DNA of 64,000 nt from Prochlorococcus sp. AG-679-M23. Its GTDB lineage: Bacteria > Cyanobacteriota > Cyanobacteriia > PCC-6307 > Cyanobiaceae. Position numbers and translations under genes: made by a program. The stretch covers positions 128,001 through 192,000 of the forward strand of contig QCUR01000002.1 in NCBI GenBank assembly GCA_003208875.1, given 5' to 3'. This document shows, piece after piece, positions 43,372-53,424 of this stretch; position 1 is the stretch's first letter; the number at the start of each line of letters is the position of its first letter. The notes beneath the pieces are model-generated. The model did not search any database. It had not been told where the DNA came from and worked only from the letters and a program-made list of their open reading frames with translations.

Positions 43372-44520
43372 TTAACCTATTATTACTTGATTGATTTTTT
43401 TCATTCCCCCTTCTATAGATGTTGAGGAAATTTTAAATTTCATCAAAATTTTGGATGCTTTTTCTGAACGTTTTCCTAATTGACACAATGTGAAAATTTC
43501 TTTAACTAAACTTTCTTGTTTAATAAATTCTAGGTGAGACTTTTGTTCGAGATTATTGATGGGTATAGATATAGAACCTTTTATAGAGCATTTATTAAAC
43601 TCTTCTTCTTCTCTAACATCAATTAGAAGTATTTTATTTAATTTTGCTTTGTATAGAGTATTAAATTCTTTAGCGTTAATTTTCTTGATTTTAATATTAT
43701 CTTGGCATTCATTTTCTTTGTAAAAATCTTCAAATTGAGAAAGGTTTTTAATATTTTTATTTAACTTGTCAGATTTTAAATTTAAAGTTTTTATATTCAT
43801 ATTTAGTAGGTCAAAAATCATAATCTTGCCGTCAAGAATCTCTCCTTTTTTTAGAATAATTTTTATTATCTCATTTACTTGTAAAATCCCTATAAGACCA
43901 GTTGAAACTCCCACAACCCCAAACTCTTCACAGCTTGGGATATTATTTTTTACAGGGGATTCTGGTAGTAAGTCTCTCAAATTAGGACTCTTTTTATTGA
44001 GATTAAAAACACTTATTTGGCCCTCAAAACCCTGAACACTCCCAAAAACTAAAGCCTTATTAAGTATTAAACAGGCATCGTTTATTAAATAACGAGTACC
44101 AAAGTTATCTGAACAATCACAAACAATATCAAAGTCTTTAATGATTTCAATAACATTTTTTGAGTTTATTCTTTTATTAAACGTTGTAACTTCAATATTA
44201 GGATTAAATCTTTTAATTCTCTCTTGGGCAGAATTAATTTTTAAATTTCCAACCGTATTTGTTTCATGAATAATTTGTCTTTGTAGATTCGACTTTTCAA
44301 CTTGATCATTATCAACTATTCCAATTCTTCCTATTCCTGCAGCGGCAAGATAAAGTAAAACTGAAGAACCCAGTCCGCCTGCTCCGATACATATTACTGA
44401 ACTATTTTTTAGTTTTAATTGCCCTTTAAATCCTATTTCTTTTAACGTCAAATGCTTTTTGTATCTTTCCTTTTCATCTAAAGATAAGAAATCAGAATTT
44501 AGATCAGTTGATATTGCCAT
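43372..44520 (-). CDS. moeB: MoeB/ThiF-like adenylyltransferase with C-terminal rhodanese domain (MoeZ-type)
   Basis: GAGGLG, SNLQRQ, DCSDN, rhodanese IDVRE...LCQLGKRS. Confidence 0.88.
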   Translation of the reverse strand: MAISTDLNSDFLSLDEKERYKKHLTLKEIGFKGQLKLKNSSVICIGAGGLGSSVLLYLAAAGIGRIGIVDNDQVEKSNLQRQIIHETNTVGNLKINSAQERIKRFNPNIEVTTFNKRINSKNVIEIIKDFDIVCDCSDNFGTRYLINDACLILNKALVFGSVQGFEGQISVFNLNKKSPNLRDLLPESPVKNNIPSCEEFGVVGVSTGLIGILQVNEIIKIILKKGEILDGKIMIFDLLNMNIKTLNLKSDKLNKNIKNLSQFEDFYKENECQDNIKIKKINAKEFNTLYKAKLNKILLIDVREEEEFNKCSIKGSISIPINNLEQKSHLEFIKQESLVKEIFTLCQLGKRSEKASKILMKFKISSTSIEGGMKKINQVIIG

Positions 44521-44806
44521 TTTTATTACAAAAATTATCTATGAAAATATAATAATTTAAATAATTATCTTAGTCTTTTTATTTTTTTTATGTTGATGAA
44601 GTTTTTAAGTGTTTTTTGTTAGAACAAGATGATATTGTGAAGTTTTTATAAATCAAATTTTGGGTTAAATTTCTTAAAACTTTACTAGTACCAATATATA
44701 TTTCAGAATACAAAATGTTTCGGTTCGGAATTATGCATAACAAAAAGGTAGTCAACAGACAATTTTTCCGATACTGTCTGGTTCATATATTAAGTTGACT
44801 GAATTC

Positions 44807-45172
44807 ATGAGTGATAACACTCCTGAGTCAAATCAAGACTCCGGCTCCGAAACAAACTCAGAAAGTAAAAGCTTTTCAGAGAAGTATTCTGATGTAATGG
44901 GAAAAATCAATGAAACACTTGGAACTATTGATTGGACCCAAATGGGAAAGTATGGTAAAGCAGCAGGCATAATTGCCGTTGTAGTTATCGCTCAAATAAT
45001 AATTAAAGTTATTATTGACACGATTAATTTTTTCCCAATTCTACCTGGCCTTCTAGAATTACTAGGTGTAGTGGTTGTAGGTCAATGGAGTTGGCAAAAT
45101 CTCCGTACAAGTGAAAATCGTGAAGCAGTTTTAGAGAAGGTCCAAAATCTCAAAAAAACATATTTAGGATAA
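44807..45172 (+). CDS. CAAD-domain (CURT1-like) membrane protein
   Basis: Acidic N-terminus, two TM helices, IDTINFFPILPGLLELLG; ATG 44807 preferred over TTG 44795. Confidence 0.8.
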   Translation: MSDNTPESNQDSGSETNSESKSFSEKYSDVMGKINETLGTIDWTQMGKYGKAAGIIAVVVIAQIIIKVIIDTINFFPILPGLLELLGVVVVGQWSWQNLRTSENREAVLEKVQNLKKTYLG

Positions 45173-45179
45173 ATTTAGT

Positions 45180-46058
45180 TTACATATTCAATATATTCCT
45201 GATGTAGCTTTGTACTTGATGACAATATGAACCACCAAACATATTGGCATGATTTAATATGTGATAAAAATTATAAATAATAGTTCTTCTTTTAGATCCT
45301 TTTTTAATTGGAATAATTTTATGATAATTTTCGTAAAATTCATTTCGAAAATTACCAAATAATCTTGTCATAGCAATGTCTACTTCACAATCTGCCCACC
45401 AAGATGCAGGGTCAAATATTACACCTTTATTCATAAGAGTTACTCCGATATTTCCCGACCATAAATCACCATGAACAAGTGATTTCATAGGTTCATGGTC
45501 AAGTAGTACCGATTCAATTTTTGTCTTTATTTTATTTTTAATATCAATTTCTAAAAAATCTTTTTCTAAGATTGCTAATTGAGGTTCAATTCTTAAATTA
45601 ATAAAACATTTAATCCAATCCTTTTCCCATCCTTTTATTTGATTTGTGGTTCCTATAAAACCATGAATCGGATATCCAAAACTTGGTTGATTAAATTTAT
45701 TTGATTCAATATGCATTTCACCTAAACCCCTTCCTAATTTTTCCTGATCACTATTCTTCATATCTATCCATTCCAATAATAAAAGTTCTACATTATTAAC
45801 CTCTAAGTAGGAAATGATTTTAGGAACGATTAAGTTTTCATAGTTAAGATATTTTTGTAGGTTATTAAGGCAAGATTTTTCAAATTCTAGAAATCTTCCT
45901 TCCCTTGCATTTCTTTTAAGAAAGAATTTAGCGTTCTTAAATTCTATCTGCCACGACTCATGAATATCTCCCCCAAAAATTTGTTTTATACTTTTTGGTG
46001 ATCCTTCACCTAATTGATAACAAATTTCGTTAAGTTCGATATGTGGTATTTTTTGCAT
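45180..46058 (-). CDS. Fructosamine kinase family protein
   Basis: GGDIH, FFLK, SLVHGDLWSGN, IFDPA, YHILNHANMFG. Confidence 0.92.
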   Translation of the reverse strand: MQKIPHIELNEICYQLGEGSPKSIKQIFGGDIHESWQIEFKNAKFFLKRNAREGRFLEFEKSCLNNLQKYLNYENLIVPKIISYLEVNNVELLLLEWIDMKNSDQEKLGRGLGEMHIESNKFNQPSFGYPIHGFIGTTNQIKGWEKDWIKCFINLRIEPQLAILEKDFLEIDIKNKIKTKIESVLLDHEPMKSLVHGDLWSGNIGVTLMNKGVIFDPASWWADCEVDIAMTRLFGNFRNEFYENYHKIIPIKKGSKRRTIIYNFYHILNHANMFGGSYCHQVQSYIRNILNM

Positions 46059-46062
46059 TTTA

Positions 46063-47568
46063 ATGTCAAAGACTGAAATTGTTGTTGTTGGTGCTGGTAT
46101 AGCAGGGCTAACTTCTGCAGCGATTTTATCAAAACTAGGGCTTTCAGTGACTTTGATTGAGTCGCATACTCAATCGGGAGGTTGTGCAGGAACCTTTAAA
46201 AGAAAAAGATATATTTTTGATGTTGGAGCAACTCAAGTCGCCGGTTTGGAAGAAGGGGGAATACACTCTAAGATTTTTAAATTTTTAGATATTCCTCTTC
46301 CTGAAGCATCCATCTTAAATCCAGCTTGCATTGTTGATTTAAAAGATGGTAGCAATCCAATACCTATTTGGTATGACAAAGATGAATGGATTAAGGAGAG
46401 GGAGATGCAATTCCCAGGTAGTCGTCAATTTTGGCTACTATGTAGTTTAATTCATCAGAGTAATTGGACATTTGCTAATAATAACCCTGTATTACCCGTC
46501 AAGAATTTTTGGGATTTTTCGCAACTTCTTAAAGCATTAGTTCCAACGAATTTAGTTACAGGAATATTGATTAAATCTACTATCTTTGATCTTTTACGTT
46601 TTTGTGGATTATCTAATGATGAAAGATTAATTAAGTTTCTTAATTTGCAATTAAAGCTTTATTCACAAGAAGATGTCTATAACACTGCAGCTCTATATGG
46701 TTCTACAGTGTTGCAAATGTGTCAAAAACCACATGGTTTATGGCACTTAAAAAAATCAATGCAGGCTTTAAGTGATGCTTTAGAAGATTCATTAAAAAAA
46801 AAGGGAGTTAATATTGTTTTCGGGCAAAAAGTAAATTCAATTAATTTTGATGATGTAAAAAAGAGTTGGAAAGTTTGTGCATCATCTAAGCTAGAGAATA
46901 TGGTTTACTTCGCCGATGATGTAATTTATACACCTCCTCCACAATCTCTTTTGAAACATCTAAAAAGTCCTCTAGATAATACTTACAATTATAAAAAGAA
47001 AATACAGAGTCTTCCTGATCCAAGCGGTGCGTTGGTCTTTTATTCAGCTTTAAAAAAAGAACATATTAAAGTAATCTCTTCAAATCATTACCAGTTTGTA
47101 TCAAATGAATTAGGGTCACTTTTTGTATCCATAAGTGAGGAGGGAGATGGAAGAGCTCCAAAAGGGGAGATTACATTGATAGCAAGTCTTTTTACAAAAA
47201 CGAACGACTGGTTTAGTTTAGATAAAGATGACTATGTAAAGAAAAAAAAGGAGTATTTACAAAAAATATCAATGGTACTTGAAAACCAATTTGATATTGC
47301 TTCTGAAAATTGGCTTCATAAGGAATTGGCTACCCCATTAGGATTTGAAAGGTGGACTAATAGGCCAAATGGGATAGTAGGTGGTTTAGGTCAAAATCCT
47401 GATATTTTTGGATTATTTGGGTTATCAAGTAGAACTCCTTTTAAAGGTTTATGGTTATGTGGTGATTCTATTTATCCTGGAGAAGGGACAGCGGGTGTTA
47501 GTCAGTCAGCAGTAATGGTTTCAAGGCAAATTTTAGCTTCTAAAGGAATTAATGATTTTTATTTATAA
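46063..47568 (+). CDS. crtD: Carotenoid desaturase, CrtD-like FAD oxidoreductase
   Basis: GAGIAGL, FDVGATQVAGLE, LCGDSIYPGEGTAGV. Confidence 0.75.
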   Translation: MSKTEIVVVGAGIAGLTSAAILSKLGLSVTLIESHTQSGGCAGTFKRKRYIFDVGATQVAGLEEGGIHSKIFKFLDIPLPEASILNPACIVDLKDGSNPIPIWYDKDEWIKEREMQFPGSRQFWLLCSLIHQSNWTFANNNPVLPVKNFWDFSQLLKALVPTNLVTGILIKSTIFDLLRFCGLSNDERLIKFLNLQLKLYSQEDVYNTAALYGSTVLQMCQKPHGLWHLKKSMQALSDALEDSLKKKGVNIVFGQKVNSINFDDVKKSWKVCASSKLENMVYFADDVIYTPPPQSLLKHLKSPLDNTYNYKKKIQSLPDPSGALVFYSALKKEHIKVISSNHYQFVSNELGSLFVSISEEGDGRAPKGEITLIASLFTKTNDWFSLDKDDYVKKKKEYLQKISMVLENQFDIASENWLHKELATPLGFERWTNRPNGIVGGLGQNPDIFGLFGLSSRTPFKGLWLCGDSIYPGEGTAGVSQSAVMVSRQILASKGINDFYL

Positions 47569-47574
47569 GATTGT

Positions 47575-48414
47575 TTAATTTGTAAAATTTGATCTTATTT
47601 CTATCGATTTTGTAAGTTTTTCAGATAACAATTCCCACTTATTATTTTTGATAAGAGATTCGATTTCATTAATATTTTTTTTAAATTCTTTAATTGCTTT
47701 TAAGATATGTTTCTGATTATTTTTAGCCAAATCCAACCCCAAATTGGCATTTCCACCTCCAACTCTTGTTGTATCCGCATATCCTGTAGCGGCAAGTCTT
47801 TGAGTTAGAGCCAATAGCGATTCATTTTTCTCTGCATTGGCAGTTTTTATTAATGAAGAAGCAACAAATATCGGTAAATGAGATATTAAAGAAACTGCTT
47901 CATCATGCTCTTTTGGTGATGCTTCATAAATCTCACATTGCATAGAAGTTATTAATTTACTTAGCGTTTTTATTGAATATGAATTGGTTTTTGACGTAGG
48001 AGTGATAATCCATTTTGCATTTTCTAATAAACCTTCGAAACCTGATTCAACTCCTTTTTCTTCTGTGCCTGCCATTGGATGTGAACCAATAAATAATGGA
48101 TGTATTTCCCCCCATGTGTTAATTATTGGTTCTTTTATAGAACCAACATCGGTTACTATCGAATCTTTTGGAATCGCATTTATTAGATCTTTAGAAGGAT
48201 GGATTAGATCTTTAATCGGTAATGCCAATATAATTAGAGAACATTCTTTTAGGATGCGTAAATCGCAGCTAACAACGTTTGCCAGATTTCTCTCTATTGC
48301 CTTTTTTTTATTAAGGTTATTGTTCGTGACTCCATAAATAGTGTGTTTTAATCTTTGGAGTTTTAATCCTATTGAACCACCAATAAGTCCTAGACCTACA
48401 ATTCCAATATTCAT
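47575..48414 (-). CDS. tyrA: Prephenate/arogenate dehydrogenase
   Basis: GLGLIGGS, DVGSIK, HPMAGTE, HDEAVSLISHLP. Confidence 0.93.
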   Translation of the reverse strand: MNIGIVGLGLIGGSIGLKLQRLKHTIYGVTNNNLNKKKAIERNLANVVSCDLRILKECSLIILALPIKDLIHPSKDLINAIPKDSIVTDVGSIKEPIINTWGEIHPLFIGSHPMAGTEEKGVESGFEGLLENAKWIITPTSKTNSYSIKTLSKLITSMQCEIYEASPKEHDEAVSLISHLPIFVASSLIKTANAEKNESLLALTQRLAATGYADTTRVGGGNANLGLDLAKNNQKHILKAIKEFKKNINEIESLIKNNKWELLSEKLTKSIEIRSNFTN

Positions 48415-48507
48415 TGATTTATTTATTTGAGGCTTTTTTATATTGATACCAATTTTTTGTATATTAAGATCATGTTTTTTTCAATTTGATATTACTAAAA
48501 TTATATA

Positions 48508-49956
48508 ATGCTTGAAATTTTAAGTCATCAGTACTTAAAAAGATTTATTAGATCCCATGAGATAGATTGGGATCATATATATTCTTTCGGGAGAATAGTT
48601 TCAAAGTGTCTTCAAACAAATGAAACTTATCTGATTAATTCAGAAATTTTTTCTACTAATATTTGGCTACCCGCTCTGTTAATTTCTATATTTTTATTCG
48701 AAGAAAATTCGACTTTTGTTTTATCTCAAGACAAAATAGATTTTTTAAAAAATAATTACTTAGGAGAATTAAAAAGTCTTGGGTTGAATTTTATTTTAGA
48801 AAATGATCAAATAATTTTTTCAAATCATCGAGTTTGTTTTATCTCTCTGGAAAAACTGCTAGGTGATGTAAATATTTTTAATATTAGTAATCATCGCATT
48901 ATTTTTTCTGGGATTGAAAATATAAAGGAAGATTTAAAAAATTATTTTAGAATTTCAATTTTTAAAAAAAATTGGTTTCATAAATTTGAAAAATCATCAT
49001 CTAAAAGTCAAAAGATAATTAGTACGTATAACCTACTTAAAAAGAAGTTTTTCTTGAGAAAAGTTTTAGATAGTAGGAGTATTTTTTTAGATAAAGAAGA
49101 AATAAATTTTCTTTCTAATTTCTTTTATGAAAACTCTTCATATTCTGATCAATTTTTGAGGGTAAGTAATGCTCTTTCTGAAGGTTGGGCTTGCTGGGTA
49201 ACTTTAGATGATATTAATTTTGAGTGGAATTTTTATTTAGAACCTATCGATGAACTCTCTCAGATAAAAAATTTACTAATTAATAATAAATTTGTTTTTT
49301 TATCCGCATTAAGAGAAGATAATTTTTTTCAAAAGTATCTCAAAAAAGAACGTTTAAATATTGATTTGGTAATGAACTTTAGGAGTAACTTTATTGAAAA
49401 TAAAATCTTAGTATACGTTCCGCCCAGACAAATGCTCCCAAATAATCCAATGTTTACAAATAATATTTTAGATAAGTCTAAAAAATTAATTATTTTCTCA
49501 AAAGGTCTGACTTTATTTTTATCTGATGACGTTGATTTGAAGCTTAAATTTGCTACAGAATTAGCCTCTATCTATGGAAAGCGAGTTTTGCTAGAGAATA
49601 TTCCATTGTTTAATAATGAAATTCTATGTGCTAGCTATACCTGGTGGATCAATAATTCTTATTGTATAAAAAGTCCAGAACAAATAATTATTCCATTACT
49701 ACCAATTCCACGGATTGAAGAGCCTATCAATGCATTGACTGTTTCTCATAACAGAAATCTTTCTAAAGATTGGTTCCGAGAGTTTTTACTTCCTGAGGCA
49801 ATACAAAAATTAGAAAGGTCTATTTCACCTTTAAGAAAAAACGCTGGTAAATTAATAATTCTTGATGGTAGAGCACATAAAAGAAAATGGGGTAGATTAA
49901 TCTTAAAAAGTATTCAACCTTCAAAACAAATAAACTATATGCTTCCTTACGATTAG
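48508..49956 (+). CDS. Degenerate DinG-like helicase homolog
   Basis: C-terminal LPEAIQKLERSISPLR...LIILDGR...WG resembles the DinG C-terminal domain; no Walker motifs. Confidence 0.65.
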   Translation: MLEILSHQYLKRFIRSHEIDWDHIYSFGRIVSKCLQTNETYLINSEIFSTNIWLPALLISIFLFEENSTFVLSQDKIDFLKNNYLGELKSLGLNFILENDQIIFSNHRVCFISLEKLLGDVNIFNISNHRIIFSGIENIKEDLKNYFRISIFKKNWFHKFEKSSSKSQKIISTYNLLKKKFFLRKVLDSRSIFLDKEEINFLSNFFYENSSYSDQFLRVSNALSEGWACWVTLDDINFEWNFYLEPIDELSQIKNLLINNKFVFLSALREDNFFQKYLKKERLNIDLVMNFRSNFIENKILVYVPPRQMLPNNPMFTNNILDKSKKLIIFSKGLTLFLSDDVDLKLKFATELASIYGKRVLLENIPLFNNEILCASYTWWINNSYCIKSPEQIIIPLLPIPRIEEPINALTVSHNRNLSKDWFREFLLPEAIQKLERSISPLRKNAGKLIILDGRAHKRKWGRLILKSIQPSKQINYMLPYD

Positions 49957-49983
49957 GTTATTATTTAGGAAATATCTTTAAAT

Positions 49984-50229
49984 ATGGGAGAAGCAAAAAG
50001 GAGAAAATCATTAGGTCTTCCTCCTAAACAAAACAATACTAAATCCAAATCAGACGAATCACCTAGAATATTTGATTGGCTGCCTCTTACTATTAATCAG
50101 AGAGATAGTTTAATGAAATTAAGTATAAAAGCTAGTTGGTATGGAATTGGAGGTTTAGTTATCTTGTGGGTAATTGTTAGATTTATTGGACCAGCTGCAG
50201 GTTGGTGGACTCCAGCTGATTCATTATGA
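49984..50229 (+). CDS. DUF2839-like small membrane protein
   Basis: MGEAKRR N-terminus; C-terminal WVIVRFIGPAAGWW. Confidence 0.8.
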   Translation: MGEAKRRKSLGLPPKQNNTKSKSDESPRIFDWLPLTINQRDSLMKLSIKASWYGIGGLVILWVIVRFIGPAAGWWTPADSL

Positions 50230-50231
50230 AT

Positions 50232-51344
50232 CTAAGCTATTTTCTTGATGTTATTAGCAATCACAGCATTTTCTGGATTATTATTTAATGCTTTCATCGA
50301 ATTAGAACTTACTTCAGTACCTTCTGTTAGTTTCGCTTTGACAATAGATTCTACTTTATTCTTTATTTCTAAGTTCTGATCCAACCAAATAATTGTGTTA
50401 TCTCTTCCTTGTCCAATATTTTCTCCTTCGTAACTATACCAAGCACCTCTCCTAATTATTATATTAGTCTCTTCTGCTAAATCTAATAAACATCCTGTCG
50501 TACTTATCCCTTTGCCGAATAAAATATCAAACTCAGCAATTCTAAATGGAGGGGCTACTTTATTTTTTGCTACTTTTACTTTTGCTCTTATTCCATATTC
50601 TTCTGTACCTCTTTTAAGAGTCTGAATTCTCCTAATATCAAGTCTTACTGAAGCATAAAACTTTAATGCATTACCTCCTGTAGTTGTCTCTGGATTTCCA
50701 TATGTAACTCCGATTTTTAAGCGTAACTGATTGAGGAATATTACTGTACATCCTGATTTACCAATATTTCCAGTTATTTTTCTCATTGCTTGACTCATTA
50801 GCCTTGCCTGGCTTCCTATAACGTGATCTCCCATTTCACCTTCTATTTCTGCTCTAGGAGTTAATGCTGCTACTGAGTCAACAACAACAAGGTCTACGGC
50901 AGTTGATCTTATGAGTTGATCAACTATTTCTAAAGCCATTTCACCTGTATCTGGCTGCGAAACTAGTAAATTTTCGACATCCACTCCTAGGGAGGCGGCA
51001 TAGACTGGATCTAAAGCATGTTCAGCATCAACAAATGCTGCTATACCTCCATTTTTCTGTACTTCTGCTATTGCGTGAAGAGTTAGGGTTGTTTTTCCTG
51101 AACTTTCAGGTCCGTAAACTTCAACCACTCTTCCCTTTGGATATCCTCCTCCTAATGCCAAGTCTAATGTAAGAGCTCCTGTAGATATTGTTTCCACTTT
51201 CATTCTGGAGGCATCTCCAAGCCTCATTATTGATCCTCTGCCAAAGTTTCTTTCTATTTGTCCTAAGACTAGATTTAATGCTTTGTTTTTCTCTTCAGAT
51301 GAGGATTCTTTTGAATCTTTTTTTCTTTTTTCTTCAAAACTCAT
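50232..51344 (-). CDS. recA: Recombinase A
   Basis: [33 protein letters not shown]. Confidence 0.99.
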   Translation of the reverse strand: MSFEEKRKKDSKESSSEEKNKALNLVLGQIERNFGRGSIMRLGDASRMKVETISTGALTLDLALGGGYPKGRVVEVYGPESSGKTTLTLHAIAEVQKNGGIAAFVDAEHALDPVYAASLGVDVENLLVSQPDTGEMALEIVDQLIRSTAVDLVVVDSVAALTPRAEIEGEMGDHVIGSQARLMSQAMRKITGNIGKSGCTVIFLNQLRLKIGVTYGNPETTTGGNALKFYASVRLDIRRIQTLKRGTEEYGIRAKVKVAKNKVAPPFRIAEFDILFGKGISTTGCLLDLAEETNIIIRRGAWYSYEGENIGQGRDNTIIWLDQNLEIKNKVESIVKAKLTEGTEVSSNSMKALNNNPENAVIANNIKKIA

Positions 51345-51425
51345 TTTAATTTATTGATAAGTTCTCATAATTATTTTTAAATCTAGAATTTTTAAATAAA
51401 TCTAAAATTAATAATTACAATTCAT

Positions 51426-51439
51426 AGTACATGTGTACT
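51426..51439. promoter_or_regulatory. Cyanobacterial LexA (SOS) box upstream of recA
   Basis: AGTACATGTGTACT, near-palindromic, matches RGTAC-NNND-GTWCB; about 80 nt upstream of the recA start. Confidence 0.85.
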
Positions 51440-51453
51440 TTAGTCGAAGATAA

Positions 51454-52230
51454 CTAAATTGCAAGTAAATCTCCTAAACTTTTCAACTTTAATAATTTAA
51501 TTTCAAGCGGCAAATTAAGTCTATCTTTATTTTTTAAATAGCCCCAATCAGCTAAGTAGCAAGGAATGTTACTTGTAACAGGGTTTTGCTTTATATCAAT
51601 AAGCGTATTTCTCCTATCTTCGATAAAGCCTATGATTTCATATTCTCTACAGAGTTCAGATATGATCTCAACTTTTGTTCCCGATTCATAGCCAAAAATT
51701 AACTCCGGGAAAATATTTAATTTTTCAAGAATTTTGCCTGCAAATATTTTTCCTTTCGTTGTGATGATTCCAGTCCTGATTTTTTCTTTCTTTAATTTTT
51801 CTATAAAGATTATAACTTCATAAAATGGCCGATGTAATTTTATCCAATTGTCAAAATCATTATCTATTTGATATTTTCTTGCTTTATCAAGATATTTTTG
51901 TAAATCTTCAGCAACCCAAGAATTTTCTAATAAAACTTTCTGACAATTTTGATGATATTTATTTAGGAAATTGATTTTGGTTTGATTGTTTAGTTGATCT
52001 TCACTTTTGATAATTTGGTGGACAATGATTAACATCTCCCATCCATATTTAACCCAGGGTCTCATTTCTATGAAAGTATTTGAAACTTGTTTGTAAAGAT
52101 TTTGATCAATTAAGATTTTTGGAGAATTTATAAATTTTTCAAAAGCTAATAATGAACTGTGCCAATATTCATTCATTCCATCAACAATAACCCCATCAAA
52201 ATCAAATAGAAATAATTTCTGATAGCTCAC
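51454..52230 (-). CDS. HAD-superfamily hydrolase
   Basis: FDFDGVIVD motif I, ITTK, FIEDR, LADWGY. Confidence 0.88.
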   Translation of the reverse strand: MSYQKLFLFDFDGVIVDGMNEYWHSSLLAFEKFINSPKILIDQNLYKQVSNTFIEMRPWVKYGWEMLIIVHQIIKSEDQLNNQTKINFLNKYHQNCQKVLLENSWVAEDLQKYLDKARKYQIDNDFDNWIKLHRPFYEVIIFIEKLKKEKIRTGIITTKGKIFAGKILEKLNIFPELIFGYESGTKVEIISELCREYEIIGFIEDRRNTLIDIKQNPVTSNIPCYLADWGYLKNKDRLNLPLEIKLLKLKSLGDLLAI

Positions 52231-52247
52231 TCAACTAATTTTTAGAA

Positions 52248-52319
52248 CTGGGCCGCTAGGATTCGAACCTAGGAATGTCGAGACCAAAACCCGATGCCTT
52301 ACCACTTGGCGACGGCCCA
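52248..52319 (-). tRNA. trnQ: tRNA-Gln(TTG)
   Basis: Reverse complement TGGGCCGTCGCCAAGTGGTAAGGCATCGGGTTTTGGTCTCGACATTCCTAGGTTCGAATCCTAGCGGCCCAG. Confidence 0.97.
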
Positions 52320-52423
52320 ATGAAACTTTATTTTAATACATTACTAGGTTTTTTTCTATCAAAAATATAAATTTTTATTCTAGATTTTCTGAAATTGTTT
52401 TTTAATTTACTTAAATACGGGGA

Positions 52424-53422
52424 TTAGCTGATTTTCCATGGGTTAAGCAATTTTTGTGCTTTTTTTATTGCTAATGCCATTTTTTCTGGATATTCATATA
52501 ATTTTTTATTATTTTTGTTGGCATCTTCAATAAGTGGTTGCATTATTTTTCTAGCAGAACTCCCAAAGGCAATTCCATCAGGAAAATTATTTATTTTCAA
52601 AAATTCATGAGTTTTTCCATTTGTTCCTCCTGCTAGTTGAATTAAACCTGGGGGAAGATGAGATCCTATATTATTCCATAATTTAACTGTATCCTTCCCT
52701 GTTGCTGGAGCAAGATCCCCAGACATAGGTCTTCCATCTAGTTGCCAAATAAGCGGCACATTATGTTCGACAAGAATTTCATATCTTTCCCAGAGAGCTT
52801 TTAAAAGATCTTTTGGTCCTTTTTGGGATTGATTTAATCCGCAACTTACAGATATTTTTTTAAATTTTATCCCTGAAGTTTTGAGAATATTTGCAACTTC
52901 TATAAAAGAATCTAGTCGATTGATTTCCGTATGAATTTCAACTGCATCAGGTTTTATTGTCTTTAGAGTTTGTGGCAAGTCATTATTTGATAATTTATAT
53001 TCATATTCACAAATTAAATTTAGGGGACAACTATTTATACATCTTCCACATCCATAGCATTTATTTTCTTTTACCCCAGAATAATCAATTGCAAAGGTAG
53101 GACAAATCCTTTCGCATGGCCTAGGACAATTAGAGGGGCATTTCAATGGATCAAATTTAGCTTTGCGAAAATGTATATCCTTTCCATCACTAATGCTTAT
53201 CATCAATCCAGGAGAGGCACCGTAGAGTTTCTTCGCCCATTTGATACCGTTTCTTGCTGCTTCAACTATAGATTCGTCAGCAGCAACATCAATATAGTCC
53301 ACTCCAGCAGCGGAATAAATAGCACTTAAATCTTCTATGGCAACAATATCTTCATTGCTCGCCCCGCAAATTAATTTAACCCATTTATCTGATCCCTTTT
53401 TATTTTTTTTTAAATAACTCAA
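52424..53422 (-). CDS. ldpA: Light-dependent period Fe-S protein LdpA
   Basis: WVKLICGAS, CPSNCPRPCERICP, CYGCGRCINSCP, DGRPMSGD, QLAGGTN. Confidence 0.88.
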   Translation of the reverse strand: MSYLKKNKKGSDKWVKLICGASNEDIVAIEDLSAIYSAAGVDYIDVAADESIVEAARNGIKWAKKLYGASPGLMISISDGKDIHFRKAKFDPLKCPSNCPRPCERICPTFAIDYSGVKENKCYGCGRCINSCPLNLICEYEYKLSNNDLPQTLKTIKPDAVEIHTEINRLDSFIEVANILKTSGIKFKKISVSCGLNQSQKGPKDLLKALWERYEILVEHNVPLIWQLDGRPMSGDLAPATGKDTVKLWNNIGSHLPPGLIQLAGGTNGKTHEFLKINNFPDGIAFGSSARKIMQPLIEDANKNNKKLYEYPEKMALAIKKAQKLLNPWKIS

Positions 53423-53424
53423 TT

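Noticed and set aside
44521..44745. Relic of a JAMM/Mov34 gene upstream of moeB
   Set aside because: No ORF or HSHP-like motif recognisable
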